DNA from: Monocercomonoides exilis PA203
Taxonomy: Eukaryota; Protista; Preaxostyla
Length of the DNA stretch: 64,000 nucleotides
Assembly: GCA_001643675.2 (NCBI GenBank)
Contig: LSRY02000003.1
Span: 1,860,001 to 1,924,000, forward strand
Reading direction: 5' to 3'
The notes below the pieces were generated by a model. That model was given only the letters and a program-made list of their open reading frames with translations, had not been told where the DNA came from and did not search any database. Shown piece after piece: positions 48,921-63,825 of this stretch (position 1 is its first letter; each line of letters starts with the position of its first letter). Position numbers and translations under genes: made by a program.

Positions 48921-51900
48921 ATGGATAATAGGAGTGAAAAACCAATTATCTTATCAGAAAATGATGTTATTTTATTAAATGAATTGCCTCAATTAACTGG
49001 TGTTGCGCTTGATGTTTCTTCTGAACACATGGAAGGATACGAAGATTTGGATCGAAAAATAGTTGTTTTATCCTTGTTATTTTTGACTTTTTATAAAGAT
49101 TAAAAAAACTTAAATTTTTTTTAGAATGATCCTGATGACAGTTTTCTTGTCCAATGGAATGGAGGAAATCCTACACTTCAACTTAAAAAAAATGTTCAAC
49201 TGTTTGATCGTTCATGTGAATTGGGAGACACAGTTTCATTGATTGAAAATTCGACAGGAAAAGATATGACAAAAAGAACAAAAGAGCGAGGAGTTGTAAT
49301 CAAATCCGATCAATTTTTAGATGTTCGATTTTTACGAAGCGGTAAAATTGTCAAAGGCGTTCATTCGAGTTTTGTAATGGATGATCGAAGATATCTTAAT
49401 GATTATCTTGTTTTCTGGAACGCTGGTTTCGGGACAATAAGAGAATGTCTCAAACGTTGCATCATTCGTTTGGACAATGGTGGAGGGATGCTTATTGTTT
49501 GTAATGATGCATTTTCAAGATTGAATCTCAACGGATTCCCAGAAAACGAAACATTCGGAGAAGTATGAAATGGTTATTATATTCAAAATTTAACACTCGT
49601 TTTCTTTTATCTATTTAATTAATGTTTATTTTCATTTATCCGATTGATACTCTAGCGTGTAATGATTGATATTCGAGATTTGCGATCAGAAACAACAATC
49701 TTTCTTGATCCGCCTTCAATGTATCCAAAATGCCTACAAAGGATTGCCTTTGAATGGCATAGACGGAGGGGACATACTCTACAAAAAATATATGAACAAG
49801 AAGAGACAACTAACATCCACAGAAAGGATGAAGAGAAAGAAGAAGAGAAAGATAGAGAAAATGTTGAGCTTGCTTCCAAAAGAAACGAAAAGAGTGAAAA
49901 TTGCAACCGCAAAGATGAAGCAAGCAGAAGCGATTCAGTTGCCAGCTTGAAGGGCAAAGCCAGGGAACACACGCGAGGCCTTTCAGAACGTGAGCATTTC
50001 TCCGACGGCGAGTTTGACGCCGAGATCGACTGCGAAGGCCTCAGCCGCGCTGATCTTTCGCATCCGTCGGCGTTTCTGTTCGACTCCGGCTTCACTCTCC
50101 CCACCCGCCCCCGCGACGAAATGGCGCGCAAGGCGGTGCTCCTGTCTCCGCGCCTCAATCTGCTCAGACTCAGCAATTTCCCCGAAAGCACCAAAAAGAA
50201 TGACAAGCTGGCGGTTTTCTCCAGGCTCGCCAGCCTTTTGGGCTTGGACGTGTTCAGAAGAGATTCCACTAATAATAATAACAACAATAACAATAACAAT
50301 AATAGCTGTAATGAAAGTAGTGGCAATAATAATCACAGCGGAAGCGGAGGAACTACGTTGAGTAGAATTAAGAACTTCACTTCTTCAATGTTGGATGCTT
50401 TGTCCTTCGTTGCATCTTCTCTATTCTCTCCGTTTGCTTCGCCTTCCCAGTCATCTGCTTCATCATCATCGTCATCATCTTCTTCTTCTTCCTCTTCCTC
50501 TTCCTCTTCTTCCTCTTCCTCCAAATCCACCACCGACTCACAGTCTGAAGCGCTGAGTGTGATGCAGGCGGCGCTGGAGATGAGCTTCGATTCGACTTCT
50601 CGTTTTTCCGCCGAGTGTTTCGTGAGCGGCGTGGTTGTTGGCGTGTTTGAGGACAAAGTGGCAGTGAGGAAGCACAGCATCTTTCCGAACATGCCGCAGA
50701 GAGGAGAGACTGCAGGGAAGATGATGAAGAAGGCAAGAAAGAGGGAGAGAGGGAGAGAGAGAATGAGAAATATGATGGGAGAGGAAGAAGAAGAGGATGA
50801 TGATGAATATGAAGATTATACAAGAGAAGAAGGAGAAACGAGTGATTCTGAAGACAAAAGGCACAAACACAACAGAAATGCCAAACAAAAGAGACAGAAA
50901 GAAATGAATGATGAGCTGAGCAAGCTGCGGAAGGAAGAATTTGACTGGGGCGAATCGAACTATTTTAGAGAGCAGGTGATCAAAGACGCAATTGAGGACA
51001 GGCTTGTTGCGATGTATGGGAACAAGAAATCGAAAAGAAGGCGGAGAAGAAGAAACGGACACAGAGGGAGTCACGAAGATAATGGCAGGAACACAAGAAA
51101 TCAACAGAATTCTTCTTCTTCTTCTTCCTCTTCCTCTTCAACCTCCTCTTCTTCTTCTTCACATAGCAATTCTCATCATCGATCTGCTTCTCCAGACTCC
51201 TTCTGCGAAGCAAGCGAAGATGACGAAAACGACGAAAACGATGAAAAAGATGAAGAAAATGACGAAGCAAACGACTCTTCAGATGACTCAGATTATCCTC
51301 CACATGCGCGGCAGTCGGCAGAACGAGATGTTCGAATGGATTTTGGCTCAACCTGCGTCTTCAGAACGAATCAAGTGCGACATTCGCTGATGATGCAGCC
51401 AAGTGAGTTTACAATAGGCAACTTTGTGGTGTGTGCACCGTCGATTCGATATGGGCCGTATGGAGAGGAGGAAGAAGAGGAAGAGGAAGAGAAGGAGAAA
51501 GAGAAAGAGAAGAAGGATGAAGAGAAGGAGAAAGATGAAGAGAAAGAAGAGGGTAATAAAGGAAAGACAGAAAAAGGACTGACTTATCGGGCTCCAAAGG
51601 GAATGCAAGGGATGAGAATGAAGAAAGAGCAAAGGGCGCCTTTTGTTCACAAAATCGACCACAAAAGAGGAACATCAATATCATCATCACTCGCAAGTTT
51701 TGATGATCCTGACACAAATAAAGGAGAAAATCCTTCTTCTTCCCCTTCTTCACCTTCTTCTTCTTCTTCCTCTTCTTCCTCTTCTTCCACTTCTTCCTCT
51801 TCTTCCTCTTCCTCTTCTTCTTCTTCTTCTTCTTCCAGTCAAATAATCTCCACAGCTTGTTCTCCACACACATATTTCACCACAAATGACTGGGCGCGTC

Positions 51901-54900
51901 TGCTCTCTTCATTCAGCAGCCATCCCAAACGAGTCTATCAAAATATTAACATTTTAGGAAGAGCTGTTTCTTCTTCTTCTTCTGCTGCTTGTGGCACGCA
52001 TAGAAGACAGCTGATGGAAGATTCTTCTGAAGAAATGTTTTCAGATGAAAGCAGAGAAGAAGATGAGAAAGAAGAATCCAAGTCAACCGAAAAGCCTAAG
52101 ACGCATTGGTATAAGTCTCAAAATCAAACTTCTTCTTCTTCTTCTTCTCATTCTCTTTCTTTTCCTCCTCATTATGAAGACCATCGTCTTCGTCTGATAA
52201 ACTTACTTGCCCGGGTGATGAGTGTGCGGACGCTGCATCTGGTTGAGTGGCAGGACGGGACACGTTCACTGCACTGGGGAAAAGAGCTTGTGAGATGCGA
52301 ATTTGTGGAGAACAACTTTGAGCAGGCAGATGTGGAGCAGGAGAAGGAGAAGGCAGCGTGGAGGAATAGAACGCGCTTTGAAGAAGGAGATGCTGAGGAG
52401 GAAGAAGAAAAAGAAGAAGAAGAGAAAGAAGAGAAAGAGGAGAAGAAGAAAAAGGAAGAAGGAATAGCTCCTACCACTGCTTCTTCTTCTTCTTCTTCTT
52501 CTTCTGATAACAGCAAGATCGATTCAGCGACTCTATCAGAAGAATTCAGCAACTTCCAGCCAGTTCTGGGCAGGTTAGTGAATGTTATTCAGAAGATGCC
52601 ATTGGCTCAAAAGAACTTATTAGGAAGAAAAAGCGAAAATTATGAGAAAGACACATATTCTAATCTAATTACTTCAGCCATCGATCAGTCAAAACACCTC
52701 AAATCCCCCTTTTCTGGTTCCGTGCTGAGGCATCTTCTGCTCACCCGCTCGTTCACTCACTTCCATCCGATCAATCCGTTTTACATTCCATTCATTCTTC
52801 ACCCAACTCTTCCTTCTATTTCTGACATCTTCCATCCATTCGCCATCAAATACAACTCAGAAAACAGACAGTACTCATTCACTGTGCAATACCGCCCAAG
52901 ATATCTGAAGAATGCCGTGTCGATTATGCCTGTCAGATTGGGGCTGGAGGAGATGCTGCGTGCTGACAACACATGTCAGCTTGTTGTGTCTCATGATGCA
53001 AATGACTGTGAAAATAATAATTGCCAATCTGATTCTATAACAATTTCTTCTTCTTCTTCTTCCTCTTCTTCTTCTAACAATAAAACATCCAACCAATCTT
53101 CAAGCATCTTCCCTCAGTTCTGCACAATCACCATGAAAGAAGAGCAGCTCCGTCGTTTTCTCGCCAATCCCTCTCAATCTGCCCTTTCAGACAGCGTCGT
53201 CACGCCTCTCTTTGATGCCCCGCCGTCAGATGCGCTTTGCAAGGCTATTCCTTCGCCTGTGTTTTGTGTGGAGACTGTCTCAATCACACAGAGGATGGTA
53301 ACACTGCAGAGGATGTACAGACACGCTGCTGATCATCCAATGAATAAAAATTGTGTGGAGCAGAAGGGATTAAGTGAAGTGGAAGATTCTTTGGAGAAGA
53401 AAGATGAATGCTCAAATAAGAAAGAGGAAGATAAATCAGCATCTGTTGAATCTATGCCTATATCAGCTATTTCAAATAATTCTTCAAGTGATTCATTAGT
53501 CGATTTTTCTGAAAAAGCACAAAAAGAGAAAGGTGTTACTGGCTCAATCACTCGTCTGTTCCCTCCTTCTTCTTATTATCCTCCACGTAGCAGCGTTCTG
53601 CCGAGTTGCTTCTGCATCAACTTGCCATTCGTCACGCACACACTCTCAACAGACGAAGGTGAGAAATTCATCTGCCCAGACAGGATTTTCTATCCAATTC
53701 CACTTGATTTCGATGAAGAATTGCGAAAGGATGGCCAACAAGCTAAAAGAAAGGCCTCTTCTGCTACAGACGCTGAAACGAAATCTGTTGCTGAATCGAA
53801 TAAAACGACTGCGAATAAATCAAGTAATGATTCAATAAGTAATATCAGTAAAGATAATTTTGATGAAGGAATGAAAAATACGGAAAAATGCGAAAATTCT
53901 TCAAAACAACAAAATGAAAGCAAGGACGACGTGAAAGAATTCGTTGAATTGCCTCATAGAGACGATCCAATAACATCCGAAAACATAGCAATTTCGGAGA
54001 AATACGAAATAATTTCTCCGAAAAGCCAACCAACAAACGAGAAAGCTGTGCTTCCGTTCTTTGGAGTGAAGGAAGATACGATGAGGGGCTGGAGGGTGGG
54101 GGATACTGTGGTCAGATGGGAGCGGTGCAACATTCACTTTGGATGGGATGACGAATGGAAAGAGACTGTGGAAACAGAAAAAGATAGTATTTGTTCAGCT
54201 TCTGCTTCTGCTTCTTCTTCTTCTTCACTTTCCTCTTCTGCCTCGGAATTAACACCACAAGAAAAGCATCTTTTTGCTGCAATTGTATATGAAAATATTT
54301 CTCAATATCCTCAACATGACTTTTCTCGGATTCTTGCAAATATTACAAACAATGAAGACGATCTTTCAATGAACAGAAGTTCAATCCAACGTATTCTGTT
54401 GCATAAGGAGCCAAAAACTTCTCTTTCTTTTGTGGAGTTTGCCCACAAAATGTCAATGCACACTCAATTTGCCCGCACGTTTTTCTCGTTCAACGTTCCG
54501 CGATTAACTTTGAATGCAGATTTGAATGCTTTGCCTATTGATTCACTCAAAAAGACAAATAATAATAATAATAATAATGAACTGACAGATTCTGATATAT
54601 CAGAAGATGAATATGATGATGTTCACGAAGTGAGCTTCTGGAATAACAAGCCTCAGGGTAAAGACACAATGGCCGCGTGGTTTGGGACAGTTGCGTGTGT
54701 GTTTGATGGCCTTGCGCTTGTGAAATGGCACATCATACGCGGAACCAACGCTGAAGCGATGATCAATCTACACCATCCACATATCTCACGAATGCCGTAT
54801 AATGTTGGTGAAGGAAAAGAACAGAAGAAGATTGATGAATTGACGGTGGATAAGAGAAAAGAGTGGGACAGTGTGGTTGAGTGGATGGGTTCGACATTAG

Positions 54901-57900
54901 CAGACGATGGTGAAGAAACGCCCTTTGAGCGATATTTCAGAAGACTTGGAGTTGGAAGTTTGGCAGACTATTGCACAGAAGTTGGTGATGCACCAAATGT
55001 GAGCTTGAATAAGAAGGAGAAGAAGAAAGGCTCATCAAATACTCATGGTAAAGAGGAATCTGATGAAAAAAGCGAAGATTCTGAGAAAAAAGAAGAAGAC
55101 GAAGAGGATGAAGAAAACGATGAGGAAGAAGAAGAAGAGGAGGAAGAGGAAGAGGAAGAAAGTTCAACAAAAGACGAAAGCGAAGAAAGAAATCACAGCA
55201 AGCACTCGAAAAAGAGAACTTCTTCATCTAAGCAAAGCAAAGCCACAAAAGGCAAAAGCAACAAAAACATTCCGAAACACAAGCAGCTTCGTTATTTGCC
55301 AAATGTCTGTCGAAATGCTCTTCTTCATCCAATCAACCGCTCAGCTTTCTATCAAACATACGATCCACTGGAGCATCTGTGCGGTTTCACTGAGACTTTG
55401 GCGTTTCTTGAGAGAATGGAGCCTTCTCAGCTACAGAGATGGATATCTGTGTTCCAAGAAGAAGAAGAAGAAGAAGAAGAAGAAAAGAAAACTGACAGAG
55501 AAAAAATTGAAGAACTTACTGAAACGGAGCAATCATCGGTTTCTGAATGTGCTTTGAGCTCTTTCAAAGAGTGTTCATCTCATTCTCAGCAAGAAGATAT
55601 AACCACTCTGTCACAAATGGCTCAAATGCGTCCAATCAACTGCCTTGAGCACTCAGATTCACTAAATATGACTCAGCTGTTTTATTACACTGTTGGTGAT
55701 CTAACAGCGCCTTCGATGTTTGTTGTGTCTGATGAGCCAGACGGAAATTATTCTCTTTCAGCTGTCAAATGCACACCAACAGACCTTTCTCAATCGCATT
55801 CTCAGTCTAATTCTCTTCCTTCACGAAATGCAACATCAACTTCATTTGAAGCAACTCCCACAATTCGCTCGATGATGTTTACGCCTTCTGCAGATAGCGC
55901 GTTGGAATGGGTAGGCTGCGACGAAATCATCAGACTAGCCAATTTGTTTGAGTATGGTGACAAAATGACGTTCAAGAGCCAATCGTTCCATCTCTCCATC
56001 TTCGGGGCAGGGCAGAACTATGAAATCGAAACTGGGTTTGGCGAAGATTTTGGCGATGAAGGCAAGCCACCTGCACAAGAGAACATTGCGTTGATTTCAG
56101 GGAAGGATATGGTGATGAAATTTGAAGACGTCAAAAACGCAGTGGTGGATGAAGAGGAGCTGATGGAGGACTTTTTTGACGTGAGTGAAGAAGATGAAGG
56201 AGATGACGAAGAAGAAGAAGACGACGATGACAAGGAAAGCGATGATGAAGATGATAATGAGGAGGAGGAAGAAGAAGAAGAGAAAGATATGGACTTTGAA
56301 GAAAGCGATTATAAACCGAAAAAAAGAGATATAAGAAGAGAGAAATATTTAAGAAATAAAAACAAAGAGGGATCAAAAGAATCAGAAGAAAAGGAAGAAG
56401 AAGAAGAAGAAGAAGAAGAAGAAGAAGAAAATGAGGAAGAGAAAGAAGATAGCGAAGAAACTGTTGATTATCGTTTTAATGACGACGACTCCAACATTCA
56501 AGCAAATATGACCGAAGCACTCAGCGATTCAGAGGATGATGAAGATGATGAAGATGATGAAGATGAAGATGAAGATGACTTCAATAAAGAAAAGAAAAAA
56601 GAAAGCGAAAAATTCACAAAAGAATACAATTTCAAAGCAAAACTTGACGAATTCCTTAAAATTCATACCCAAGTGACTGGAATTCAAGTGCATGTGTCAG
56701 AAGACGAAGACTTAAGCAACATCATCGAGACGCTTGATCAGATACGCAACAAGGAGACTGACCCACTCATGTCTCGTGTGTTGAATGTGGATCCGAAGGA
56801 GAATGCGGAGAAGAGCGAAGGAGCGATATCGTATCTGCAGTGGGAAGAGGAGTATGAGGATGAGTCAGACGAGGAAGAAGAGGAAGATGAAGATGAAGAG
56901 AATGAGGGAGAAGACGAGGTGGCGCAGGAAAAGGGGAAAAAGGATAAAGAAACAGAGTTTCGCAATGTTCCGCTGGGAAGTTTGCTGAATATTCTTCCTG
57001 ATTGCACCGCCTGCCAACGAGAAGAGATTGAAATTAAACTGATACACAACTTAGACTCAATGAATGAAGCACGAATTTCAAACTCTTCCACCGAAGATGA
57101 ACAAAAAGAAGAAGACGAAGGGACAAACACTTTGGAGCTGCCACACCACAAACATCTGAAGACACTTGAAGAATGCCCTCTTTCGTTGCACCCGCACGCC
57201 AAGACGATTTTCCAGCTGAGGAGATTTCTTATTCCCTCTCTGTGTGACGATGAATACCAGCCGATGATCAGAGAAAAGATATATTCGATGCAACGATGGG
57301 GACAATTTCTGAAGATGCAGACAGCAGCAAATTCGAAGATGTACAATGATGTGATGAATTGGATGAATAAGAAGCAGAAAGAAGAGATTGAGAGAAAGAA
57401 GGCAATGGAGAAGGAGAGAAAGAAAGAAGAATCAAGACGAAGAGCAAGAAAGGGCGAGAGCGAAGATGAGGAAGAAGATGATGAGGAGGAGGCTGAAGAA
57501 GATGAGGAAAATGATGACAATGATAATAAAACAGAAGAAAGTGACAGTGAAAGTGAAAGTGAAAGCGAATCTTCGCCTGAGTTGAGTGTTTATTCAAATG
57601 AAGAAAGCGATGCAGCTAGAGCACGCTATCGTAGCACTCATCGTCGATCATTGGCGAAACAAGCGAAAAAGTTCAGATTGAAAATGATGAGATTTGCCAA
57701 TGGTACAGGTGGAAGAGGAAGTTATGATGATGACGACGACGATGGTGATGATGATGATTTCGGTGAAGAAGACGACGAAGACGATGAAGATGATTATGAT
57801 GATGAAGAGGAAGAAGATGAAGAAGACGAAGATGAAGACGAGGAAGAAAGCAGCGGACACGATGGAGACGAACAGTCATACAGTTCGTTTATGAACGAGT

Positions 57901-60596
57901 TTGGGAATGAGACAGTACAACAAGGAGTGGATTCCTTCACACACGAGCCTATCAGAACAAGCAGATTTTATGCGGATGATGTGATGAATGAACTTTCCCC
58001 ATCTTCTTCGATGGCATCTGGTGACATCAGCTTCATGATGGATGGAGGGGCTGCGAGTGGCGTGGGGCGGAGGGGTTTGTTTGGATGGACAGAATTGGAG
58101 CATAGAATTGAGTGGAATGACAGTGCACTGAATATTCAGTGGGGGAGGAGAGGAATGAAGAAGGGAAAAGAAAGTGAAGAGGAAGGAGAAGATGAAAATG
58201 AAAATGAAGAGGAAGAGGAAGAAGAGAAAGGAGAAGAGAAAGGAGGAGAAGAAGAAGAAGAAGATAGCTATAACTATGAAGAAGAAAACGAAAAGCCGAT
58301 TGAGTCTCGCCTGATGTCCTCTTCATTCAGCCTTGTTGATGCGAAGAGCGCTTATGTTTATCCGCCGACGCTTCCGATGCATCTCTCCACGTTCAACTCG
58401 TTCCTCACAACGCCCAGAATTAGTTCTATGCTGAACTACTACCACGTCAGGCACAACTTCAGAGAAGCAGGCAGCTTCAACATTTGCGACGGACAAGACC
58501 TGAGCAAGCAAGATTTTGGGGACATGGAGATGGACTTTCCAGATAATTACTCTTTGTTCCATGGATCAGTGTTTCCGCTTGCTTCATCTTTGAGGGGGAT
58601 TCATGTGATGTCCACAGGGAGGCACGATGCATGGCCTGTACAGCAGCAGCAGCAGCAGAGGAAAGGAGTGAAGGAAGAGAAGAAGACACAAATGCAGATG
58701 TTGTCGCTACAGAGACAGATGTTTAACAGATTGTGTCTTCCTTCGTTGGATGAAGTCGGAAAGGAAGAGAATGAAGGAGTTAATCCTGAATCATCTGAAT
58801 TTTCTTCTTCTTTCTCTTCTTCTGATTCTAATTCTTATTCAAATTCCAATTCTGATTGTCATCTTCCTTCTTTCTTCCCAATCAGTTCACGAAGATGGCA
58901 ACAAATCTTTCAACAATTTTCAAGTGACTCTTATTTGTCTGATTTTGTCTCTTATCTGAATCTTGACTCGCCTGATGCCATCAAAAAGCACTTTGCACTC
59001 AAATTGCTCCATTTGCTGCTAAATGACTCAGTTTCTGTCATTCCATTCAGTGAGTGGCTTGAGCTGCTTCCTTATCTGCATCAGATGTGTTCTCCTTCAT
59101 CATCTTCTTCTTCTTCGTCTTCGTCTGCTTCTTCTTCTTCTGCGTCTTCTTCAACTAATGAAACAAAACAATCATCGAATGAACTTTCAAAGGAAGAACA
59201 TTCTTCAACAATAACAAAGCCTATTTTGTGGTCGCAAATACCAACAGAATCCATCCATAGAGGAATACCAATACATTTTGACTTAGCAAATATTTCATCA
59301 CAAGAAAATTTTATTCAAAAGGAAGATAAAAAATTATTTGACTTATCATTTTCACCTATTGACAACACGTGGATGCGCTGTGCGTGTGGAATGAGAGATT
59401 TCTTGGTTGAAAAATTCAAAAGTGAATCGCTGAATAATTTTGTGGAGTCACATTCTCTTCCTTGCCCTCGCTGTTTTCCTCAGAATGACAATTCTTCTTC
59501 CTCTTCTTCCTCCTCTTATTCTTCCTTGCTTGTTCCACCATGGTATCATCCCAACACATTTTCATTATCATCATCATCATCATCATCTTCTTCTTCTTCT
59601 TCTCTTCACTCCCACCCTCTCCTCCCTCCCCCCATCCGTCCTCTTCCCGTTGCCTTTGTGAACGATCTCAGCGACCACTTCCATTTGCACCCTCCTCTTT
59701 CTTTCCCCGACCAAAGCTTCGCAACCGACATCCCCTTCCCTCCATCATACATCCACCCTTCTCTCATCGCAAAGGAGATTAAGCTACTGAACGACTCTCT
59801 GCCTCCTTCCATCTTCGTCCGCTTCAGCTCCACCCGCCGCGACCTCCTCCGCGCTCTCATCGTCGGCGCTGACAGCACACCTTATCTTTTCGGCCTGTTT
59901 GTCTTTGACATTTACTTGCCCCGCTCTTACCCTTCCTCCCCGCCTGTCGTCGCCTTCCGCGCCACCACGTCGCAGAGGCTGAACCCGAACTTGTATGTGA
60001 ATGGCCATGTGTGTCTGTCTCTGCTGGGCACGTGGAATGGCGCAGAGGAGAGGGGGGAGACATGGAATCCCAAGCAGTCGAATCTCCTGCAGCTTCTGCT
60101 CTCGTTGCAGTCGCTCGTGCTGAACAGAGACCCCTTCTTCAATGAAGTCGACTACGACAGAATGAAAGGGGACGAGGCGTTTGATGCGTCGGCTGCGTTT
60201 TTCAATGAAAGTGTGGCTGTTTTAACTCTGGAGAATAACATTCAGTTGCTTCAGCACCCTCCCCAGGGGATGGCTGATATATTTGCTTATGTCACTTCTT
60301 TCTTTGCGGTAGATATCATTTGGGTGTACAGAATGCTTGTGTCATCAAATGTCATCAGTGAAAAATGCTCGGGATTTTCTTCTGCTTCTCTACAGATTTA
60401 TTCTCCTCCGGCTGAGTGTTATTATCCCATTCCTCATCTTTTACATTCACGAATTACTTCAATTCCATTATTATTTGCACTCCCACAAAATGTTCCTTCG
60501 GGATTGTTGATTGAAATCAAGGCCCATTTTCATAAATTTGCATATGCATGTTGTTCATTTTTATTGAATTATTTGAAAAATTTTAAAGAAAATTAA
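48921..60596 (+). CDS. UBE2O: UBE2O-type E2/E3 hybrid ubiquitin-conjugating enzyme, ~3839 aa, three exons (48921-49061, 49125-49562, 49656-60596)
   Basis: C-terminal UBC domain (LRALIVGADSTPYLFGLFVFDIYLP..YP..PP, RLNPNLYVNGHVCLSLLGTW) of the UBE2O/BIRC6 class; N-terminal LFDRS..GDTV motif; two phase-0 GT-AG introns keep the frame. Confidence 0.8.
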
Positions 60597-60650
60597 CAAC
60601 ATTAGCATTTTGATCTCATTGTAATATTTTTTTATCACAACTGTAGAAAG

Positions 60651-63062
60651 ATGTGTCCACTGTTTTTCTTTGCAATACTATTGCAATGGAGTTGTTATTC
60701 ATTGAAACCGTATACAATTAATGAACATATTCAAATGGAAAAGTTGCAAGCTTATGCAGTGAGCCCTGACTCACAGGTGATAATAATTATTTCTATCGTT
60801 TAATTTTTAGATATTATTTGTGTTTTTTAGAATGTAGTCGCATATACAAAACAATTTAATATTCAAACAAAGCAAACCACTTGGAAATTGTATTTAATAT
60901 CGTTGTTAACAAAGGAGAAAAAAGCTCTCACAATACCATATCCGAGCATTTCTGATCTTAAATGGTCTCCAGAAAACAATATTATTTCATTTATTACAAC
61001 TGTCAACGGAAAATGTACATTTGTTCTTTGCAATCCAATTGAAGATAAATGCAAAGAAATATATACTTTCCCGATTCCTGTTTCCAGCGTTCGATGGAGT
61101 CCAACTGGAAAGTATTTGAGTTTTTCAGCAGAAGTGTATGTAGGAAAATCATTAAAAGAAACAGCAAATATTGACAAAGAAAAGGAAAATCAATTATACA
61201 ACAAAAAGGGATATGATCAATTATTTGTTTATCACTGGGACGAGTATTTAGAAGGAAAATTTAATCATTTGCACTACGTTAAGGTTGACCGCGTTGATGG
61301 CGATGAATTTGTTTTCAAAATTTCTGGTGACGCAGTTGATATTATGCCACAAATGGATGGAGATTGCCCATCAAAACCATGGGGTTTGAAATGCGGAATA
61401 TTTTTGAAATGAATTTTTTTATATTTTTGTAATTTTTCCCTACAAAATAATTTTTTCAACTGTAAAGGTGGAATTGAAGAATACAACTTTTCGCCTGACG
61501 AAAAATATATTGCATTCTCAACGCAAACTGGAAAAGATCAAGCTTGGTCCATATCAAAGCAAGTATTTCTACACAAAATAGGAACCAAGTCAGTTGAACA
61601 GATCTCCAAAGGTGTTGGGCGGTACATGAATCCCGTGTTTGACGAAGACCGAACGAATGGCGAAGTGGGGTGGAACAGGATATTCTTTGCAGGCACTCGT
61701 ATAATCCAGCGCGAGGCTGACAAAGGGCGCATCATGGTGTATGAGAAGTTCAGAGGAGAGGCGCGTGAGCTGGATGTGCAGTGCGACGAGTCGATCGAGT
61801 CGTTCGTGTGGGCCGGAGCTGAGGGCAACCAGGCTCTGCACCCTGATTCGTTGTTTGCTGCTGATGGCGATGAAAAGAAAGAGTCGCTGCTTGCTGTGTC
61901 CAAAATCAGAGGTCGGTCCTACATCAGTCGGTTTGATGCTAATCTGGGGAATAAGATTATGATGAGCGAAGCTTTCTCCATTCATTCGTTTGAAGTTATG
62001 AGCGATGGAAGAATCATTTGCATGAAGTCGACATATGTCCAACCTCCGGAGCTTTTCATTCTATCTTTCAAACAAAATGCAGATTCCAAGGAAAATAGCT
62101 TCTTTTCCTCACAATTTAATCATTTCGCCTCAAAAGACCAAATCATTGAGACAGCAGAGCAGCTTACGTTCTTTTCTCAGCCAACACTGGCTGAAGTTTA
62201 TCCTCTTATTCAGCCCTTGGACATCTATTACACAGGCGCCAATGGTGATAAAATACACGGATTCTACTTCTCTCCTCTAAAGACATCGGCGACGAATGCT
62301 GAGGATGGCCTGACTCGTTCGGGGAAAGCATCTACGCGCTACCCGTTGATGATGTACATACACGGAGGACCCGAAAACTCGTGGCTTGATGAGTGGAGCG
62401 AGCGATGGAACCCGCAGATCATTGCGCATCAAGGCATTGCTGTGTTTGCTCCTAATGTTCATGGCGGAGACACATATGGGCAGTGGTTTACAGACTCAGT
62501 GATTGGAAACTGGGGCACGCTTCCGTACGACGATGTGTTGATGGGGATGGCACATGTTTTGTGTGATGGTGCTACTCCTGATGAATTGGATGGCTCGCGC
62601 GTTGGGGCGATGGGTGCTTCGTTTGGAGGATACATGATTAATTGGATCCAGAGTCAAACATCAGTGTTCAATGTGCTGTTTTCTCATGATGGCATTTTTG
62701 ATCTGGAGTCAACGTATGAAGATGCTGATGAATTGTATTCGCTGGAGACGCCATTTCTTGGAATGCCATGGGACGATCTGAAGAACGCCAACAAGCCAAA
62801 GACCATCTACAAGACGCAATCTCCATCTACGTATGCAACTCCAGACTCACCTCATTTTAATACCCCTCAGCTGACTTCTCATGGAGGCAGAGACTACAGA
62901 TGCACCTCTTCACAAGGAATTGCTATTTATCACACCCTTCAAACTAAAGGAACGCCTGCTCGGTTTGTTTACTTCCCTTCAGAAAATCATTGGGTTTTAA
63001 ATCCACTGAATTCAATAAGATGGCATCATGAGGTTGTTAGCTGGATTAAAATGTATCTATAA
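60651..63062 (+). CDS. S9 family serine peptidase (acylaminoacyl/dipeptidyl-peptidase 5-like), probably secreted; exons 60651-60776, 60831-61383, 61468-63062
   Basis: Hydrophobic N-terminus, propeller WSP/FSPD repeats, IHGGP, nucleophile GASFGG, HGGRDYR (Asp) and ENHW (His); introns restore the frame. Confidence 0.9.
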
Positions 63063-63297
63063 AGAAGTCCTGAAACATAGAAAAGTATTTTGTCAGAGAT
63101 TTGTTTTGCGTGGAAATTGTGATTTCAAATGTTTTGGTTGATATGATATTTCCTTTTTAAAAAAAAGAGTGTTTTCAATTTTTCTTAATTTCCCCGCACT
63201 GTTTAGCAAATTTTTTAACTTTTTCCAAATCTTAATCCTTTCAAATCAATTCACGACTGGCTTTATAAGCTGGGGAAAAAGCATGAGTGTTAAACTT

Positions 63298-63825
63298 GGT
63301 AAGATGTAACATATTGGGTCCCGATTTTAACTGTGAAATAAAACCAATATTTCACCAAATTTGACACACTTAAATATTATCATTTTTCTTGTGATGTTTT
63401 TTGTTTTGGAAAATTGAGATTTTTGTTGAAAAATCCTATCAGTTAATTATTTGTAAATCAAAATCACTCAATTGGTGGAACAGATCTTTTCAAAAATTTT
63501 TATGGATAATAAAAAGAAAACTTCAAAGATGAAGAAATATTTACAGATTCTGTTAATAACAACAATTTTTTTGAGGATTTTTTAATTAAAGAAAAATTTT
63601 GTGGAAAATCCGTTGGTTTTTGAATAAAAATTTTTATGTTTCCATAAATATTTGTAAATTCTGGTTTAATTTTTGGTAATGAAACTGAAATTCACAACTA
63701 TATTGTTAATTATTAAAACTTAATTCCACATTTATTAATCGAATTTTCAACAATGAAGTGAATTTAAGAAATAATTCTAGATAATTTCTATGAAAATTTT
63801 CGGACCCAATAAGTTACACTTTTCC
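63298..63825. mobile_element. Merlin-type MITE (528 bp)
   Basis: Imperfect TIRs GGTAAGATGTAACATATTGGGTCC / GGACCCAATAAGTTACACTTTTCC; flanks TTAAACTT / TAAAACTT (7/8 TSD). Confidence 0.7.

Noticed and set aside
49652-60142. Numerous antisense and alternative-frame ORFs over UBE2O and other low-complexity genes
   Set aside because: Shadows of GAA/TCT triplet tracts that lack stops in other frames.
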